Shown: positions 17,372 to 27,359, counted from the first letter of the stretch. The stretch: DNA of 64,000 nucleotides from Clostridia bacterium (GCA_009929275.1 SAAW01000002.1:3171-67170); one strand, 5' to 3'. Numbers and translations are program-made. Notes: generated by a model from the sequence alone, not told the origin.

Positions 17372-19186
17372 TCAATTTAATTCTTCAAGTTTTTTTATAA
17401 TCTCATTTGCCAGTTTTGGGGTAATTCCGCTCACAGAAATGAGGTCGTCCACAGATGCTTTTTTCATTCTCCTCACACTCTTAAAACGCTCTATGAGATT
17501 TTCTTTTTTCACTTTTCCAAGCCCATCAATTTCATCAAGCAAACTTATGACTTGCTTTTTCTTCCTCAGTTTTTTGTGGAAAGTGATTGCAAAACGGTGG
17601 GCTTCATCTCTCACTTTTTGCAGGAGTTTAAGTTCATCGTCGTCTTTTGAAAGTTTCTTTGAAAGAGGGTCTTCCTCCACAAAGATTTCTTCCTGCTTTT
17701 TGGCAAGACTTATGACGTCAATATCCTTATCAAAACTCTTTATAACTTCTCTGCAAGCATTTATTTGCCCTTTACCTCCGTCAATCAAAATAAGGTCTGG
17801 CTTGGAAGAAAAACTTATGTCTTTGCTTGAAAGTTTTTCAAGCCGTCTTGTGATGCTCTCTCTCAAACTCTCAAAATCATTTGGACCCACGACTTCTTTT
17901 ATTTTAAACTTTCTGTAATGTTTACCTTCTTTCACTCCATTGACAAACACCACAATGCTACACACAGAACTTGTGCCAGAAATGTTTGAGATGTCGTAAC
18001 CCTCAATGCGAAGTGGCAAGTTTTTCAAATTTAATTTTTCTTTTATGCCGTTTAAAACACTAATTTTTTTTCTCTTTCGTTTTGTTTCAAGTTCACAATT
18101 TTTCTCCAAATATTCTTTTGCATTGGCATTTGCTTGCAAGACAAGTTTCTTGTTCACTCCCGTTTTTGGAGAGATAACTTCAAGTTTTTTGCCTAATTTT
18201 TCACTTAAAGATTTGAAAAGTGCATCTTCAAAATCAACTTCAATTGGAAGTAAAATTTTGTTTGGAATAAGGGTGTTAATAAGATAATATTGCGTCAAAA
18301 AAGAGATGAGCATTTGCTCGTCGTCAATAAGTGCGTTGTCAAAACTGTAACTTTTTGCTCCCATCATCTTGCCTTGGCGAATGATTAAAACTGTGAAAAC
18401 ATAGAACATATCGCTTTTTTCAAACCCAAAAACATCAATATTTTCAAAACTTGCCAGAGCAGTGACAGTTTTTACTCGAAGTTTTAGGAGCATATATTTT
18501 AAGTCTCGAAGTTTGATTGCAAGTTCAAAATTTTGGATTTCAACCGCTTTTTCCATTTTTTTGCAGATAATATCATACACTGCGTTGTCTTTTCCATTCA
18601 AAAAGTCATAGACATCTGGCAAAAGATTGTTATAATCTTCCTTTGTTATCTTGCACATACACGGCGCGGAGCAAAGCCCCAAAGAATAGTCCAAACAGCC
18701 TCGTCGCATTTTGTGGTCGTCTTTAATTTTTTTGTCGCAAGTTCTGATTGGATAGGCATAGTTCACCGCTCTGACGACATCGCTGACATTTATCCCAAAA
18801 AATGGTCCAAAATATTTTGCATTATCCTTTTTAATTTTTCTAACAATTTCAAGTTTTGGAAAATCTTGTGATGTGTCAATTTTAATATATGGATAGGATT
18901 TGCCATCTTTTAACAAAATGTTATAGAAAGGCAAATGTTTTTTGATTAAGTTGCATTCAAGCACAAACGCGTCTAGTTCGGAATTCGTGAGAATATAGTC
19001 AAAATCAGCAACCTGAGAGATCATACTTTTTGTCTTATCAGAGTGATTTTTGTTCAGAAAATATTGACTAACTCGGCTTTTTAGCCTCTTAGCTTTGCCT
19101 ATGTATATAACATTGCCAAAAACATCTTTCATTATATAAACGCCGGGTGAAAGTGGCAATTTGTTTAGTTTTTCTTTAATATCCAT
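17372..19186 (-). CDS. uvrC: Excinuclease ABC subunit C
   Basis: Has a GIY-YIG domain (GVYIMKDVFGNVIYIGKAKRLKSRVSQY) and a C-terminal HhH. I chose the start at MDIKEK (codon 16 of the track ORF). Confidence 0.95.
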   Translation of the reverse strand: MDIKEKLNKLPLSPGVYIMKDVFGNVIYIGKAKRLKSRVSQYFLNKNHSDKTKSMISQVADFDYILTNSELDAFVLECNLIKKHLPFYNILLKDGKSYPYIKIDTSQDFPKLEIVRKIKKDNAKYFGPFFGINVSDVVRAVNYAYPIRTCDKKIKDDHKMRRGCLDYSLGLCSAPCMCKITKEDYNNLLPDVYDFLNGKDNAVYDIICKKMEKAVEIQNFELAIKLRDLKYMLLKLRVKTVTALASFENIDVFGFEKSDMFYVFTVLIIRQGKMMGAKSYSFDNALIDDEQMLISFLTQYYLINTLIPNKILLPIEVDFEDALFKSLSEKLGKKLEVISPKTGVNKKLVLQANANAKEYLEKNCELETKRKRKKISVLNGIKEKLNLKNLPLRIEGYDISNISGTSSVCSIVVFVNGVKEGKHYRKFKIKEVVGPNDFESLRESITRRLEKLSSKDISFSSKPDLILIDGGKGQINACREVIKSFDKDIDVISLAKKQEEIFVEEDPLSKKLSKDDDELKLLQKVRDEAHRFAITFHKKLRKKKQVISLLDEIDGLGKVKKENLIERFKSVRRMKKASVDDLISVSGITPKLANEIIKKLEELN

Positions 19187-19253
19187 CTTATTCCTTCTGA
19201 GATAGAATATCACAAATGAGATAAAAAACAAAATTATTTTATTCTTTTATGAT

Positions 19254-19595
19254 TTACCCAAATATGTAGTCCACCCCGTCCGACATAATGCTCTCTATAA
19301 AACCATTGCCCAAACTATACAAAATATATTTTCCTTGGCGTTTTTCTGCGACTGCATTAAAATTTTTTAAATAACGGAGTTGATGACTCACTGTTGTTTG
19401 GTTCATCGAAAGATATGTCGACAAATCATTGACACACATTTCACAAAGTGCCAGTGCAGACAGGATTTTAAGGCGTGTGGAGTCTGCAAACAAACTAAAA
19501 ATATCCGCAAGTTGTCGCAAAGTGCCATTTTCAGGCATATAATACTCCAAATTTGATAAAGTCTTATTATCAATTCCTACATAATCCTGTTTCAT
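19254..19595 (-). CDS. ArsR/SmtB-family metal(loid)-responsive transcriptional repressor
   Basis: 113 aa from the internal ATG, with SD AAAGGAG. Reads FADSTRLKILSALALCEMCVNDLSTYLSMNQTTVSHQLRYL...GKYILYSL, a winged HTH with two Cys (CEMC) in the presumed alpha-3 helix. Confidence 0.85.
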   Translation of the reverse strand: MKQDYVGIDNKTLSNLEYYMPENGTLRQLADIFSLFADSTRLKILSALALCEMCVNDLSTYLSMNQTTVSHQLRYLKNFNAVAEKRQGKYILYSLGNGFIESIMSDGVDYIFG

Positions 19596-19614
19596 TGTTT
19601 GCTCCTTTTGATAA

Positions 19615-19643
19615 ATTATAAAACAAAAAAGTCGCGAAGACAA
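19615..19643 (-). promoter_or_regulatory. Promoter of the ArsR-family gene
   Basis: Minus strand reads TTGTCT (19643..19638), 17-nt spacer, TATAAT (19620..19615). It lies 10 bp from a plus-strand TTGACT (19653..19658) facing the other way. Confidence 0.45.
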
Positions 19644-19713
19644 AGTGGGATTTTGACTAAAAAGAGATAATAACACTTTATAAAATAATTTTTTAGAAAA
19701 AAAAGGAGAAAAT

Positions 19714-19893
19714 ATGGACACGACATATCTCATACTTGCACTTTTAATCTCTATTTTCACGACTGCCACAAACACCGACCTAAACACAAACACAAACTTC
19801 TTAATTCTTCTGCTTCTCGCACTTTCGGGGACAAATTCAAACTGTTGTTGCAACAGAAACAACTGTTGTTGTGGTGGAAATCGTGTTTTCTAA
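19714..19893 (+). CDS. Small (59 aa) hydrophobic, Cys-rich peptide, divergent from the ArsR gene
   Basis: Not in the ORF track because it is under 60 aa. AAAGGAGAAAAT precedes ATG 19714. Translation is MDTTYLILALLISIFTTATNTDLNTNTNFLILLLLALSGTNSNCCCNRNNCCCGGNRVF*, with two hydrophobic stretches and two CCC triplets. The TAA lies 9 nt before a strong hairpin. Confidence 0.5.
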   Translation: MDTTYLILALLISIFTTATNTDLNTNTNFLILLLLALSGTNSNCCCNRNNCCCGGNRVF

Positions 19894-19895
19894 TG

Positions 19896-19920
19896 AAAAA
19901 AACCTCATATATATGAGGCT
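19896..19920 (-). terminator. Intrinsic terminator after trpS (the hairpin could also serve the plus-strand peptide ORF)
   Basis: Minus strand reads AGCCTCATAT/ATATGAGGTT, a palindromic hairpin, followed by seven T. Confidence 0.65.
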
Positions 19921-19971
19921 CTAATTTATAAATTAAACTATATTTATTATAAAAAAGTTTCATCAAAAAAA

Positions 19972-20958
19972 TTATTTCGCTGTCACAAGTCCAACTTTCT
20001 CATAGACTTCTTTAAGTGTTTTAAGAGCAATCTCACTTGCTTTTTCTGCGCCCTTTTTCATCATTTTGTCAAGATAATTTCTGTTTTCTTTAAGTTCATT
20101 CACTTTGTTTCTTATGGGAGAAATTTTTTCAATAACACTCTTTGCTGTCTGCATTTTCAGTTCGCCATATTGGCAATTTTCAAAATGCTTTTCGGCGTCT
20201 TTAATTGAAATGCCTCTCATAGAAGAATAAATTGTCAAAAGATTTGACACTCCGGGCTGTTCCTTACAAAATTTAATATTGTTTAGGCTATCTGTGACTG
20301 CTCGTTTAAACTTTTTCATAATTGTTTCATCATCGTCGCTCAGATAGATGACATTATTGTCGTTATCTTCCGATTTCGACATTTTTTTAGTGGGGTCAGT
20401 CAGCCCCATAATTTTTGCACCAGTTTTTGGAATAACCCCCTTTGGCAGAGTGAAGGTTTCGCCATAGCGAGAGTTGAAACGCTCCGCAATATCCCTGCAA
20501 ATCTCAACATGTTGCATTTGGTCGATGCCGACTGGCACAACATCAGCGTGATACAAAAGAATATCCGCCGTCATCAGCATTGGATAGGCGAAAAGTCCCA
20601 CAGAAACATTTTCTTTTTTTCTCTTCTGGTCTTTAAATTGGGTCATTCTGCTTGCTTCTCCAAAATATGTCAGACAATTCATAATCCAAGCAAGTTCAGC
20701 ATGCTCTTTCACCTGAGATTGACAATAAATTATGCACTTTTCGGAGTCTAATCCGCAGGCAAGAAAAGTGGCAAACTGGGTGTATATATTTTCACGCAGT
20801 TCGTCACTATTTATATTAACAGTGAGCGAATGCAAGTCTGCCACAGCAAAAATTGACTGGAAATTGTTTTGCATTTCACACCATTTACTGATTGCTCCAA
20901 TGTAATTCCCAAGTGTAAGTTTGCCTGTTGGTTTTGTGGCACTATATAAAACTTGCAT
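19972..20958 (-). CDS. trpS: Tryptophan--tRNA ligase
   Basis: 328 aa. Contains the TLGNYIG (HIGH-region) and KMSKS motifs. SD AAGGGGAG. It starts 18 nt after the permease stop. Confidence 0.95.
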   Translation of the reverse strand: MQVLYSATKPTGKLTLGNYIGAISKWCEMQNNFQSIFAVADLHSLTVNINSDELRENIYTQFATFLACGLDSEKCIIYCQSQVKEHAELAWIMNCLTYFGEASRMTQFKDQKRKKENVSVGLFAYPMLMTADILLYHADVVPVGIDQMQHVEICRDIAERFNSRYGETFTLPKGVIPKTGAKIMGLTDPTKKMSKSEDNDNNVIYLSDDDETIMKKFKRAVTDSLNNIKFCKEQPGVSNLLTIYSSMRGISIKDAEKHFENCQYGELKMQTAKSVIEKISPIRNKVNELKENRNYLDKMMKKGAEKASEIALKTLKEVYEKVGLVTAK

Positions 20959-20976
20959 TATTCTCCCCTTAATTTT

Positions 20977-22509
20977 TTATAAATCTTTTTTATCTTCTTT
21001 CACTGTTTTTTTTCTGACTGTTTTCTTAACTGTGGTCTTGTCACCATCTGAATTTGTGTCTTCCGTTGTTGCAGTTGCTGTCGTCGTTGTAACTTTTTTA
21101 AGTGTCAATTGACTTTTCGAAATATCTTTTTGTTTCTCACTCAATTTGTTTTCACTTTGAAGGCTATCTTTTTGTTTTCTCACAGCCTTTTTAACGCTTG
21201 AAATTTCAGAATTTTCTTCTTTTTTGTTCGCGACAACAATCTCTTCAAAAACATTTTCTACAAAAGGGTCACCGCTCGAATTTTGTTCCTCAAAACTCTT
21301 TTCGCGTGAAAGGTTGAGTTGCATCATATATTTCATATGATTTTCTTTAAGTTCAATGTTTCCCATAACTATAACACTGATTATGGCAGCAAGAGGTGGT
21401 GCAAGAAGCATTCCCATAAATCCAAACATTGCTCCTCCCAAAACGACGGATAAAGTGACAATGAGAGCGCTAACTTTCAATTTGTTCCCTGTGATTATTG
21501 GAATAAGAATGTTCAAAATTATTGTGCAAGCAATGAAAGTCGCAAGTGCCATATAGAGTGCTGCGTCCATTGAATTAAATATGAGCGTAAACAAAACGGA
21601 AGGCACTGCTCCAATGTAGATTCCATAGTATGGAATGAAGTTAAAAATACCGATGATGAGAGCAAGTTCCCAAGTAAAGCGAAGTCCTAATATTGAATAA
21701 GTGAGTCCAAGTCCGACAAATAAAATTGAAAATTCAATCAATTTGCAAATAACGTAATCAAAAAGAATTTTAGCAGAATTTGCTGTCAAAACACACATCT
21801 CGTCTGCCCTTTCCTTTTTGAAGTTTGCATAAACAAATCGTCTTGAAAATCTTGCAATTCTTTCTTTGTCTTTTAAAAATAAAACGGTCAAAATCATTCC
21901 CATTAAAAAATTGATAGTTCCTAACACAAGGCTCATCGAAAATTCCATAAGCCCGTCTATATAGAATACAGTTTCTTTCAAACTATCAAAAAGTGATGCT
22001 AAAACATCTTTAACATTGCCTTGGTCGACATCTGCTCCAAACCACCTTTGAATGAGAGATGTAATTTCCGTGACGACATTGTTCACCATTTGGTCCCAAC
22101 CGTCGCCTGCACCAGTTGTAAGTTCTGTTATAACATCAATTATTTTTGGCACAAGAATGGAAATGATTAAGACAAAAAAGGCAGCAATTATGATAAGAAC
22201 GCTCAAAATTGATATTGTTCTTTTTATGGCAAATTTATAGGGGCTGTTTTTAAAAGCATGTTTTAAAATGACATTTTCAGTGAAATTGACAAGTCTGTGG
22301 AAAATGAATGCACCGATTACACCAACTAAAATTGGAGTTATACCAGAGAGTAGCCCACTGATTATCTGCGAAAGATAAGGACTCAAAACATTACTGAGAG
22401 CCATTGCAATGAAAAACGCCCAAAATATAGCCATTGTCAAACTGAACCATTTTATTCTAAAAGGCGAATTTTTTGAAGTGTCAAAGTTTTCAAATTTATT
22501 TTTTTCCAT
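20977..22509 (-). CDS. AI-2E family (PerM/YhhT-like) transporter with a ~115-aa low-complexity C-terminal tail
   Basis: 510 aa, multi-TM. Contains the FNFIPYYGIYIGAVPSVLF motif. The tail is rich in K/T/E/S (KKVTTTTATATTEDTNSDGDKTTVKKTVRKK). Confidence 0.8.
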   Translation of the reverse strand: MEKNKFENFDTSKNSPFRIKWFSLTMAIFWAFFIAMALSNVLSPYLSQIISGLLSGITPILVGVIGAFIFHRLVNFTENVILKHAFKNSPYKFAIKRTISILSVLIIIAAFFVLIISILVPKIIDVITELTTGAGDGWDQMVNNVVTEITSLIQRWFGADVDQGNVKDVLASLFDSLKETVFYIDGLMEFSMSLVLGTINFLMGMILTVLFLKDKERIARFSRRFVYANFKKERADEMCVLTANSAKILFDYVICKLIEFSILFVGLGLTYSILGLRFTWELALIIGIFNFIPYYGIYIGAVPSVLFTLIFNSMDAALYMALATFIACTIILNILIPIITGNKLKVSALIVTLSVVLGGAMFGFMGMLLAPPLAAIISVIVMGNIELKENHMKYMMQLNLSREKSFEEQNSSGDPFVENVFEEIVVANKKEENSEISSVKKAVRKQKDSLQSENKLSEKQKDISKSQLTLKKVTTTTATATTEDTNSDGDKTTVKKTVRKKTVKEDKKDL

Positions 22510-22516
22510 ATGAATT

Positions 22517-22546
22517 ATTATAATATAAAACTAAGAAAACAAGCAA
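22517..22546 (-). promoter_or_regulatory. Promoter placed for a leaderless permease-trpS transcript
   Basis: Minus strand reads TTGCTT (22546..22541), 18-nt spacer, TATAAT (22522..22517), then AATTCAT, then ATG 22509. There is no SD. Confidence 0.45.
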
Positions 22547-22615
22547 ATAGATTATTGAATTATGCGATTTTTGTTTTCAAATTAAAATATATATATGATT
22601 TTTTAATTTATTTTA

Positions 22616-22648
22616 ATAAAAAAAACACCTTGGAAAATCCAAAGTGTT
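22616..22648 (-). terminator. Intrinsic terminator after tuf
   Basis: Minus strand reads AACACTTTGG-ATTTT-CCAAGGTGTT (one mismatch), followed by TTTTTTATT. Confidence 0.65.
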
Positions 22649-22665
22649 TAATTTTAAAAATTTTA

Positions 22666-23868
22666 TTAAGCAAGAATGTCAACAACAACGCCTGAACCAA
22701 CTGTTCTGCCACCTTCACGGATAGCAAATCTTAACCCTTTTTCGATTGCGATTGGGGTGATGAGTTCGATTGTCATCTTAACATTGTCGCCAGGCATAAC
22801 CATTTCAACACCTTTTTCAAGTTCAACAGAACCTGTGACGTCGGTTGTTCTAAAATAGAATTGTGGACGATATCCATTAAAGAATGGAGTGTGTCTTCCG
22901 CCCTCTTCTTTTTTAAGAACATAGACTTGAGATGTGAATTTTGTGTGTGGTTTGATCGTTCCTGGTTTGCAAAGAACTTGACCTCTTTCGATGTCTTTTC
23001 TTTCAACTCCACGAAGAAGAACCCCGACATTGTCGCCTGCTTCTGCTGTGTCAAGAAGTTTTCTGAACATTTCAATTCCAGTGATAACTGTTGTTTTGTC
23101 TGAACCAAGTCCAAGAATTTCGACAGTTTCACCAATCTTGCAAACACCTCTGTCCACACGGCCAGTTGCAACTGTTCCACGTCCTGTGATTGTGAAAACA
23201 TCTTCGACAGGCATAAGGAAAGGTTGATCTGTTGCTCTTTTTGGTTGTGGAATGAAAGTGTCGATTGCGTTAAGCAATTCTTCGATGCATTTGCATGCAG
23301 GATCTTCTGGATTTCCTGCCTGAGCGGCTTCAAGAGCCTTCAAAGCTGAACCTCTGATGATTGGAGTGTCGTCTCCTGGGAAACTATATTCATTAAGAAG
23401 GTCACGAATGTCCATCTCAACAAGGTCAAGCAACTCTGCGTCGTCGACTTGGTCGACTTTGTTCATAAACACAACGATGTATGGGACACCAACCTGACGA
23501 GCAAGCAAAATGTGCTCTCTTGTCTGAGGCATTGGTCCATCAGTTGCAGCAACAACGAGGATTGCTCCATCCATTTGTGCAGCACCTGTGATCATATTCT
23601 TAACATAGTCTGCGTGTCCTGGACAGTCCACGTGTGCATAGTGTCTATTTGCTGATTGATACTCAACGTGAGATGTGTTGATTGTGATTCCTCTTGCCTT
23701 TTCCTCTGGAGCCTTATCAATGTCCTCATATCTCATTTTTTGAGCCCAACCCTTAGCAGCACACCACATTGTGATTGCGGCTGTTAAAGTTGTTTTGCCG
23801 TGATCAACGTGTCCGATTGTCCCAACGTTGATGTGTGGCTTGCTTCTGTCAAATTTAGCTTTTGCCAT
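22666..23868 (-). CDS. tuf: Elongation factor Tu
   Basis: 400 aa. Contains [18 protein letters not shown] and NKVD motifs. Confidence 0.98.
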   Translation of the reverse strand: MAKAKFDRSKPHINVGTIGHVDHGKTTLTAAITMWCAAKGWAQKMRYEDIDKAPEEKARGITINTSHVEYQSANRHYAHVDCPGHADYVKNMITGAAQMDGAILVVAATDGPMPQTREHILLARQVGVPYIVVFMNKVDQVDDAELLDLVEMDIRDLLNEYSFPGDDTPIIRGSALKALEAAQAGNPEDPACKCIEELLNAIDTFIPQPKRATDQPFLMPVEDVFTITGRGTVATGRVDRGVCKIGETVEILGLGSDKTTVITGIEMFRKLLDTAEAGDNVGVLLRGVERKDIERGQVLCKPGTIKPHTKFTSQVYVLKKEEGGRHTPFFNGYRPQFYFRTTDVTGSVELEKGVEMVMPGDNVKMTIELITPIAIEKGLRFAIREGGRTVGSGVVVDILA

Positions 23869-23900
23869 AATTATATTATCCTCCTATAAAAACAAAATTA

Positions 23901-23928
23901 ATTATAATTTAATTTAATTTTATGTCAA
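23901..23928 (-). promoter_or_regulatory. tuf-proximal consensus promoter
   Basis: Minus strand reads TTGACA (23928..23923), 16-nt spacer, TATAAT (23906..23901). This leaves about a 26-nt leader carrying AGGAGG. Confidence 0.6.
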
Positions 23929-23933
23929 GTGTA

Positions 23934-23962
23934 ATTATAAGAAAAAATTATTTAATTGTCAA
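23934..23962 (-). promoter_or_regulatory. tuf-distal consensus promoter
   Basis: Minus strand reads TTGACA (23962..23957), 17-nt spacer, TATAAT (23939..23934). Confidence 0.6.
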
Positions 23963-24014
23963 ACAATTTTACTTATTTAATTTCACACAGACATTTTTCG
24001 CTAAAACTGTTGTT

Positions 24015-26093
24015 TTAGTCTTTTTTTCTTTCTCCAATGATTTTCTCAGAAACGCTCTTTGGCACTTCGGAATAGTGAGAAAATTCCATTGTAAATGTTC
24101 CTCTGCCCTGCGTTGACGAACGAAGAATTGTGGCATATCCAAACATTTCTGAAAGTGGAACTGTTGCATTGATTGCAATGATTCCATTGATTGTTTCTGT
24201 GCCTTGAAGCACACCACGCCTGCTTGTGAGCCCGCCCATAACTGTTCCTAAATAGTCTTCTGGCATCTCAACCTGAATCTTCATAATAGGTTCAAGAATG
24301 ACAGGGCCTGCTTTTTTAGCGGCTTCTTTGAAAGCCATTGAACCTGCGATTTTGTATGCCATTTCAGATGAGTCAACATCATGATATGAGCCGTCAAACA
24401 CAGTCACTCTGAAATCAACTGTTTCATATCCGGCAAGCACACCGTTCATTCTCGCTTCCTTAACACCGCTGTCTATGGCTGGGATATATTCTTTTGGAAT
24501 TGCTCCGCCAACGACTTTGTCGACAAATTCATAGCCTTTGCCTGGTTCAAGAGGTTCAAGTTTAATCCAACAGTGTCCATATTGTCCATGTCCACCTGTT
24601 TGACGAATGTATTTTCCTTCTGCTTCCACAGTTTTTCTGATACTTTCTCTATAACTTACTTGTGGTCGTCCCACATTCACAACAACTCCAAACTCTGTGC
24701 GAAGTCTGTCCACAATGACATCAAGATAAAGTTCGCCCATTCCTGCAATGATTGTTTGTCCTGAATCTTTGTCCGTCCAAGTTTTGAAAGTTGGGTCTTC
24801 TTCTGCAAGTTTAACAAGTGCGTTCACCATTTTTTCTTGTCCTTGTTTTGTGGTTGGTTCAACCGCAATATTAATGACAGGCTCTGGGAATATCATACTC
24901 TCCAAAATGACTGGGTGATCTGAATCACACAAAGTGTTTCCAGTTGTGCTTGATTTAAGCCCGACAATTGCAACGATGTCGCCTGCATAAGCTTCGTCAA
25001 GGTCTTCTCTGTGGTTTGCGTGCATACGAAGCAATCTGCCGATTCTCTCTTTAACTCCCTTTGTTGGGTTTAAAGCATATGAACCTGCTTTCAATGTGCC
25101 TGAATACACTCTGAAATAACTTATGTTGCCAACGAATGGGTCTCTTGCAACTTTGAACACAAGCCCAGACATTGGTTCTTTGTCTTCGGCTTTTCTATCT
25201 TCTTCCGTAACCCCGTCAAGTTTTGTGCCACGAATGGCGTCAATATCGATTGGACTTGGAAGATAGTCGACAACTGCGTCAAGAAGTTTTTGAACTCCTT
25301 TATTTTTGAAAGAACTTCCACATGTGACTGGGAAAAGTTTCAAAGAAAGAGTCGCTTTTCTAATTGCCTTTTTAAGTTCATCGACAGATATTTCCTCACC
25401 TGCAAAAAACTTTTCAAGCAAAACATCGTCTGTCTCAGCCACTGCTTCAATGAGTTTAGCACGATATTCTTTTGCCTTTTCCATCATATCTTCTGGGATT
25501 GGCCCAACAATCATATCTTTACCTAAATCGTCTTTGTAGTGAATAGAATCCATCTCGACAAGGTCGACAATTCCTCTGAAACTTGTGTCTTGTCCAATTG
25601 GAAGTTGAATTGGGACAGCATTTGCTTTAAGTCTTTCTTTCATCATTTCCACTGCTCTATAAAAGTTTGCATCATCTCTGTCCATTTTGTTGATGTATGC
25701 AATTCGTGGGACTTTGTAGGTGTTTGCTTGTCTCCAAACTGTTTCTGATTGAGGTTGAACTCCTCCTCTTGCACAAAAAACTGCCACTGCTCCGTCAAGC
25801 ACTCTAAGACTTCTCTCAACTTCGATTGTGAAGTCGACGTGTCCCGGGGTGTCGATAACGTTTATGACGTGACCTTTCCATTGTGCTGTGGTGCAAGCAC
25901 TTGTTATTGTGATGCCCCTTTCTTGTTCTTGTGTCATCCAGTCCATGGTGGCGGCGCCATCGTGCACTTCACCAATCTTATGTGTCCTGCCTGTATAGAA
26001 CAGAATTCTTTCAGTGGTGGTTGTTTTCCCTGCATCTATGTGTGCCATAATTCCAATGTTTCTGTATGTTTGTATTGGAAAACTTCTAGCCAT
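24015..26093 (-). CDS. fusA: Elongation factor G
   Basis: 692 aa. Contains [19 protein letters not shown] and DTPGHVDF motifs. Confidence 0.98.
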   Translation of the reverse strand: MARSFPIQTYRNIGIMAHIDAGKTTTTERILFYTGRTHKIGEVHDGAATMDWMTQEQERGITITSACTTAQWKGHVINVIDTPGHVDFTIEVERSLRVLDGAVAVFCARGGVQPQSETVWRQANTYKVPRIAYINKMDRDDANFYRAVEMMKERLKANAVPIQLPIGQDTSFRGIVDLVEMDSIHYKDDLGKDMIVGPIPEDMMEKAKEYRAKLIEAVAETDDVLLEKFFAGEEISVDELKKAIRKATLSLKLFPVTCGSSFKNKGVQKLLDAVVDYLPSPIDIDAIRGTKLDGVTEEDRKAEDKEPMSGLVFKVARDPFVGNISYFRVYSGTLKAGSYALNPTKGVKERIGRLLRMHANHREDLDEAYAGDIVAIVGLKSSTTGNTLCDSDHPVILESMIFPEPVINIAVEPTTKQGQEKMVNALVKLAEEDPTFKTWTDKDSGQTIIAGMGELYLDVIVDRLRTEFGVVVNVGRPQVSYRESIRKTVEAEGKYIRQTGGHGQYGHCWIKLEPLEPGKGYEFVDKVVGGAIPKEYIPAIDSGVKEARMNGVLAGYETVDFRVTVFDGSYHDVDSSEMAYKIAGSMAFKEAAKKAGPVILEPIMKIQVEMPEDYLGTVMGGLTSRRGVLQGTETINGIIAINATVPLSEMFGYATILRSSTQGRGTFTMEFSHYSEVPKSVSEKIIGERKKD

Positions 26094-26117
26094 TTTATCT
26101 CCTTTTTTTGCTTAAAA

Positions 26118-26591
26118 TTACCATTTAAAATGCGCAAATGCTTTGTTTGCTTCTGCCATTCTGTGCATTTCTTCTTTCTTTTTGATTGCTCCGCCAGCAT
26201 TGTTGTAGGCGTCAATAAGTTCACTCGCAAGTTTCTTGTTCATTTCCTTATCTCCGCTTCGCTTTCTCGCAAACGAAACTAACCATCTTATAGCCAAAGT
26301 TTGGCGTCTGTCTGGTCTTATTTCAGTGGGAACTTGGTATGTTGCTCCACCAACTCTTCTTGATTTTGTCTCCAAAACTGGTTTTACATTTTCAAGTGCT
26401 TTGGTAAAAATAGTCATTGGGTCGGTTCCCAACTTTTCTTTTAAAATATCAAAAGCACTGTAAACAATCCCAAATGCAATTCCTTTTTTCCCGTCAAGCA
26501 TAACTTGATTAACAAGTTTTGTCACGATTACTGAATTATACATTGGGTCTGGTAAAACTTCGCGTTTTGTTGCACGATTTCTTCTAGACAT
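26118..26591 (-). CDS. rpsG: 30S ribosomal protein S7
   Basis: 157 aa. Starts [20 protein letters not shown] and sits in the canonical str-operon position. Confidence 0.97.
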   Translation of the reverse strand: MSRRNRATKREVLPDPMYNSVIVTKLVNQVMLDGKKGIAFGIVYSAFDILKEKLGTDPMTIFTKALENVKPVLETKSRRVGGATYQVPTEIRPDRRQTLAIRWLVSFARKRSGDKEMNKKLASELIDAYNNAGGAIKKKEEMHRMAEANKAFAHFKW

Positions 26592-26662
26592 ATTTTCCTC
26601 CTCGTTAAATTTTTGAAAGACTTTTTGTAAGTCTTATTATAAATAAAAATAAATTGTTCTAA

Positions 26663-27034
26663 TTATTTAGCCTTTTTTGCGCCATATTTTGAGCGGGCTT
26701 GTTTGCGTTTTGCAACGCCAGCAGCATCAAGAGTTCCACGAATAATGTGATATCTCACGCCGGGCAAGTCTTTAACTTTTCCGCCACGAATAAGCACAAC
26801 GCTGTGTTCTTGAAGATTATGGCCTTCACCCGGAATATAGACTGTGCCTTCTTGCCCGTTTGACAACTTCACTCTGGCAATTTTTCTTAAAGCAGAGTTT
26901 GGTTTCTTTGGCGAAGTGGTGGTTACAGAAAGACAAACACCTCTTTTTTGTGGATTTTGATCCAAAATAGGCGTTTTAGACTTTTTTGCGATTCTGCTTC
27001 TGCCAAGCCTTACTAACTGATTGATTGTAGGCAT
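26663..27034 (-). CDS. rpsL: 30S ribosomal protein S12
   Basis: Start at MPTINQLVR (ATG 27034), preceded by AAGGAGG. Contains the KKPNSALRK motif. The ORF-track N-terminal extension is rejected. Confidence 0.97.
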   Translation of the reverse strand: MPTINQLVRLGRSRIAKKSKTPILDQNPQKRGVCLSVTTTSPKKPNSALRKIARVKLSNGQEGTVYIPGEGHNLQEHSVVLIRGGKVKDLPGVRYHIIRGTLDAAGVAKRKQARSKYGAKKAK

Positions 27035-27277
27035 ATTTTCCTCCTTAATTATTGTGCGAAAATTTTTTATTTGCAACCGATAAAAAACTCTCTCTTAAAA
27101 AAATTTTTAAGTCATAAAAAGAAAGTGGAATTAATTTCTTTTAAAACATAAAAAGTCTTTTAAGTGTGCAAGAATAACCTTGCTAGAACAATTTATTTTG
27201 CGTTCCAAACAAATAAACTGATTGTCTATAGACGCATTCTACGCCATAATACAACGAAACAATGATAACAAATGAAC

Positions 27278-27308
27278 AAAAAAAAGTCAACACCTATTTG
27301 ACTTTTTT
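27278..27308 (-). terminator. Bidirectional-looking intrinsic terminator after the HicB-like gene
   Basis: Reads AAAAAAAAGTCAA-CACCTAT-TTGACTTTTTT, with T/A runs on both sides. Confidence 0.65.
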
Positions 27309-27359
27309 ATTATATTTTTGGAATAATTATGTAATTTATGTAAAAATAAAAATTTATAA

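Noticed and set aside
17367-17918. 183-aa plus-strand ORF antisense to uvrC. Similar long antisense or alternate-frame ORFs occur at 25749..26282, 32283..32801, 22773..23333, 3392..3835 and 5533..5967.
   Set aside because: Their composition is low-complexity S/F/L-rich, typical of the reverse frame of K/E-rich AT-rich genes. Each lies wholly inside a confidently identified conserved gene.
19596-19862. The 89-codon N-terminal extension of the ArsR ORF given by the ORF track. The track also gives upstream extensions for rpoB (35508..35573), rpsL (27035..27076), uvrC (19187..19231), greA (7482..7502), holB (6884..6898) and the 87-aa gene (7639..7764).
   Set aside because: In each case an internal ATG with a good SD gives the canonical N-terminus of the family, and the extension is hydrophobic or junk sequence overlapping promoter or terminator elements.
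27035-27277. Attempt to place the rpsL operon promoter (candidates TTGCAA-17-AATAAT near 27050..27080 and TTGTAT-18-TATAGA further upstream).
   Set aside because: The proximal candidate would put the TSS inside the SD, and the distal ones are weak matches. I cannot choose between them without TSS data, so none is reported as a feature.
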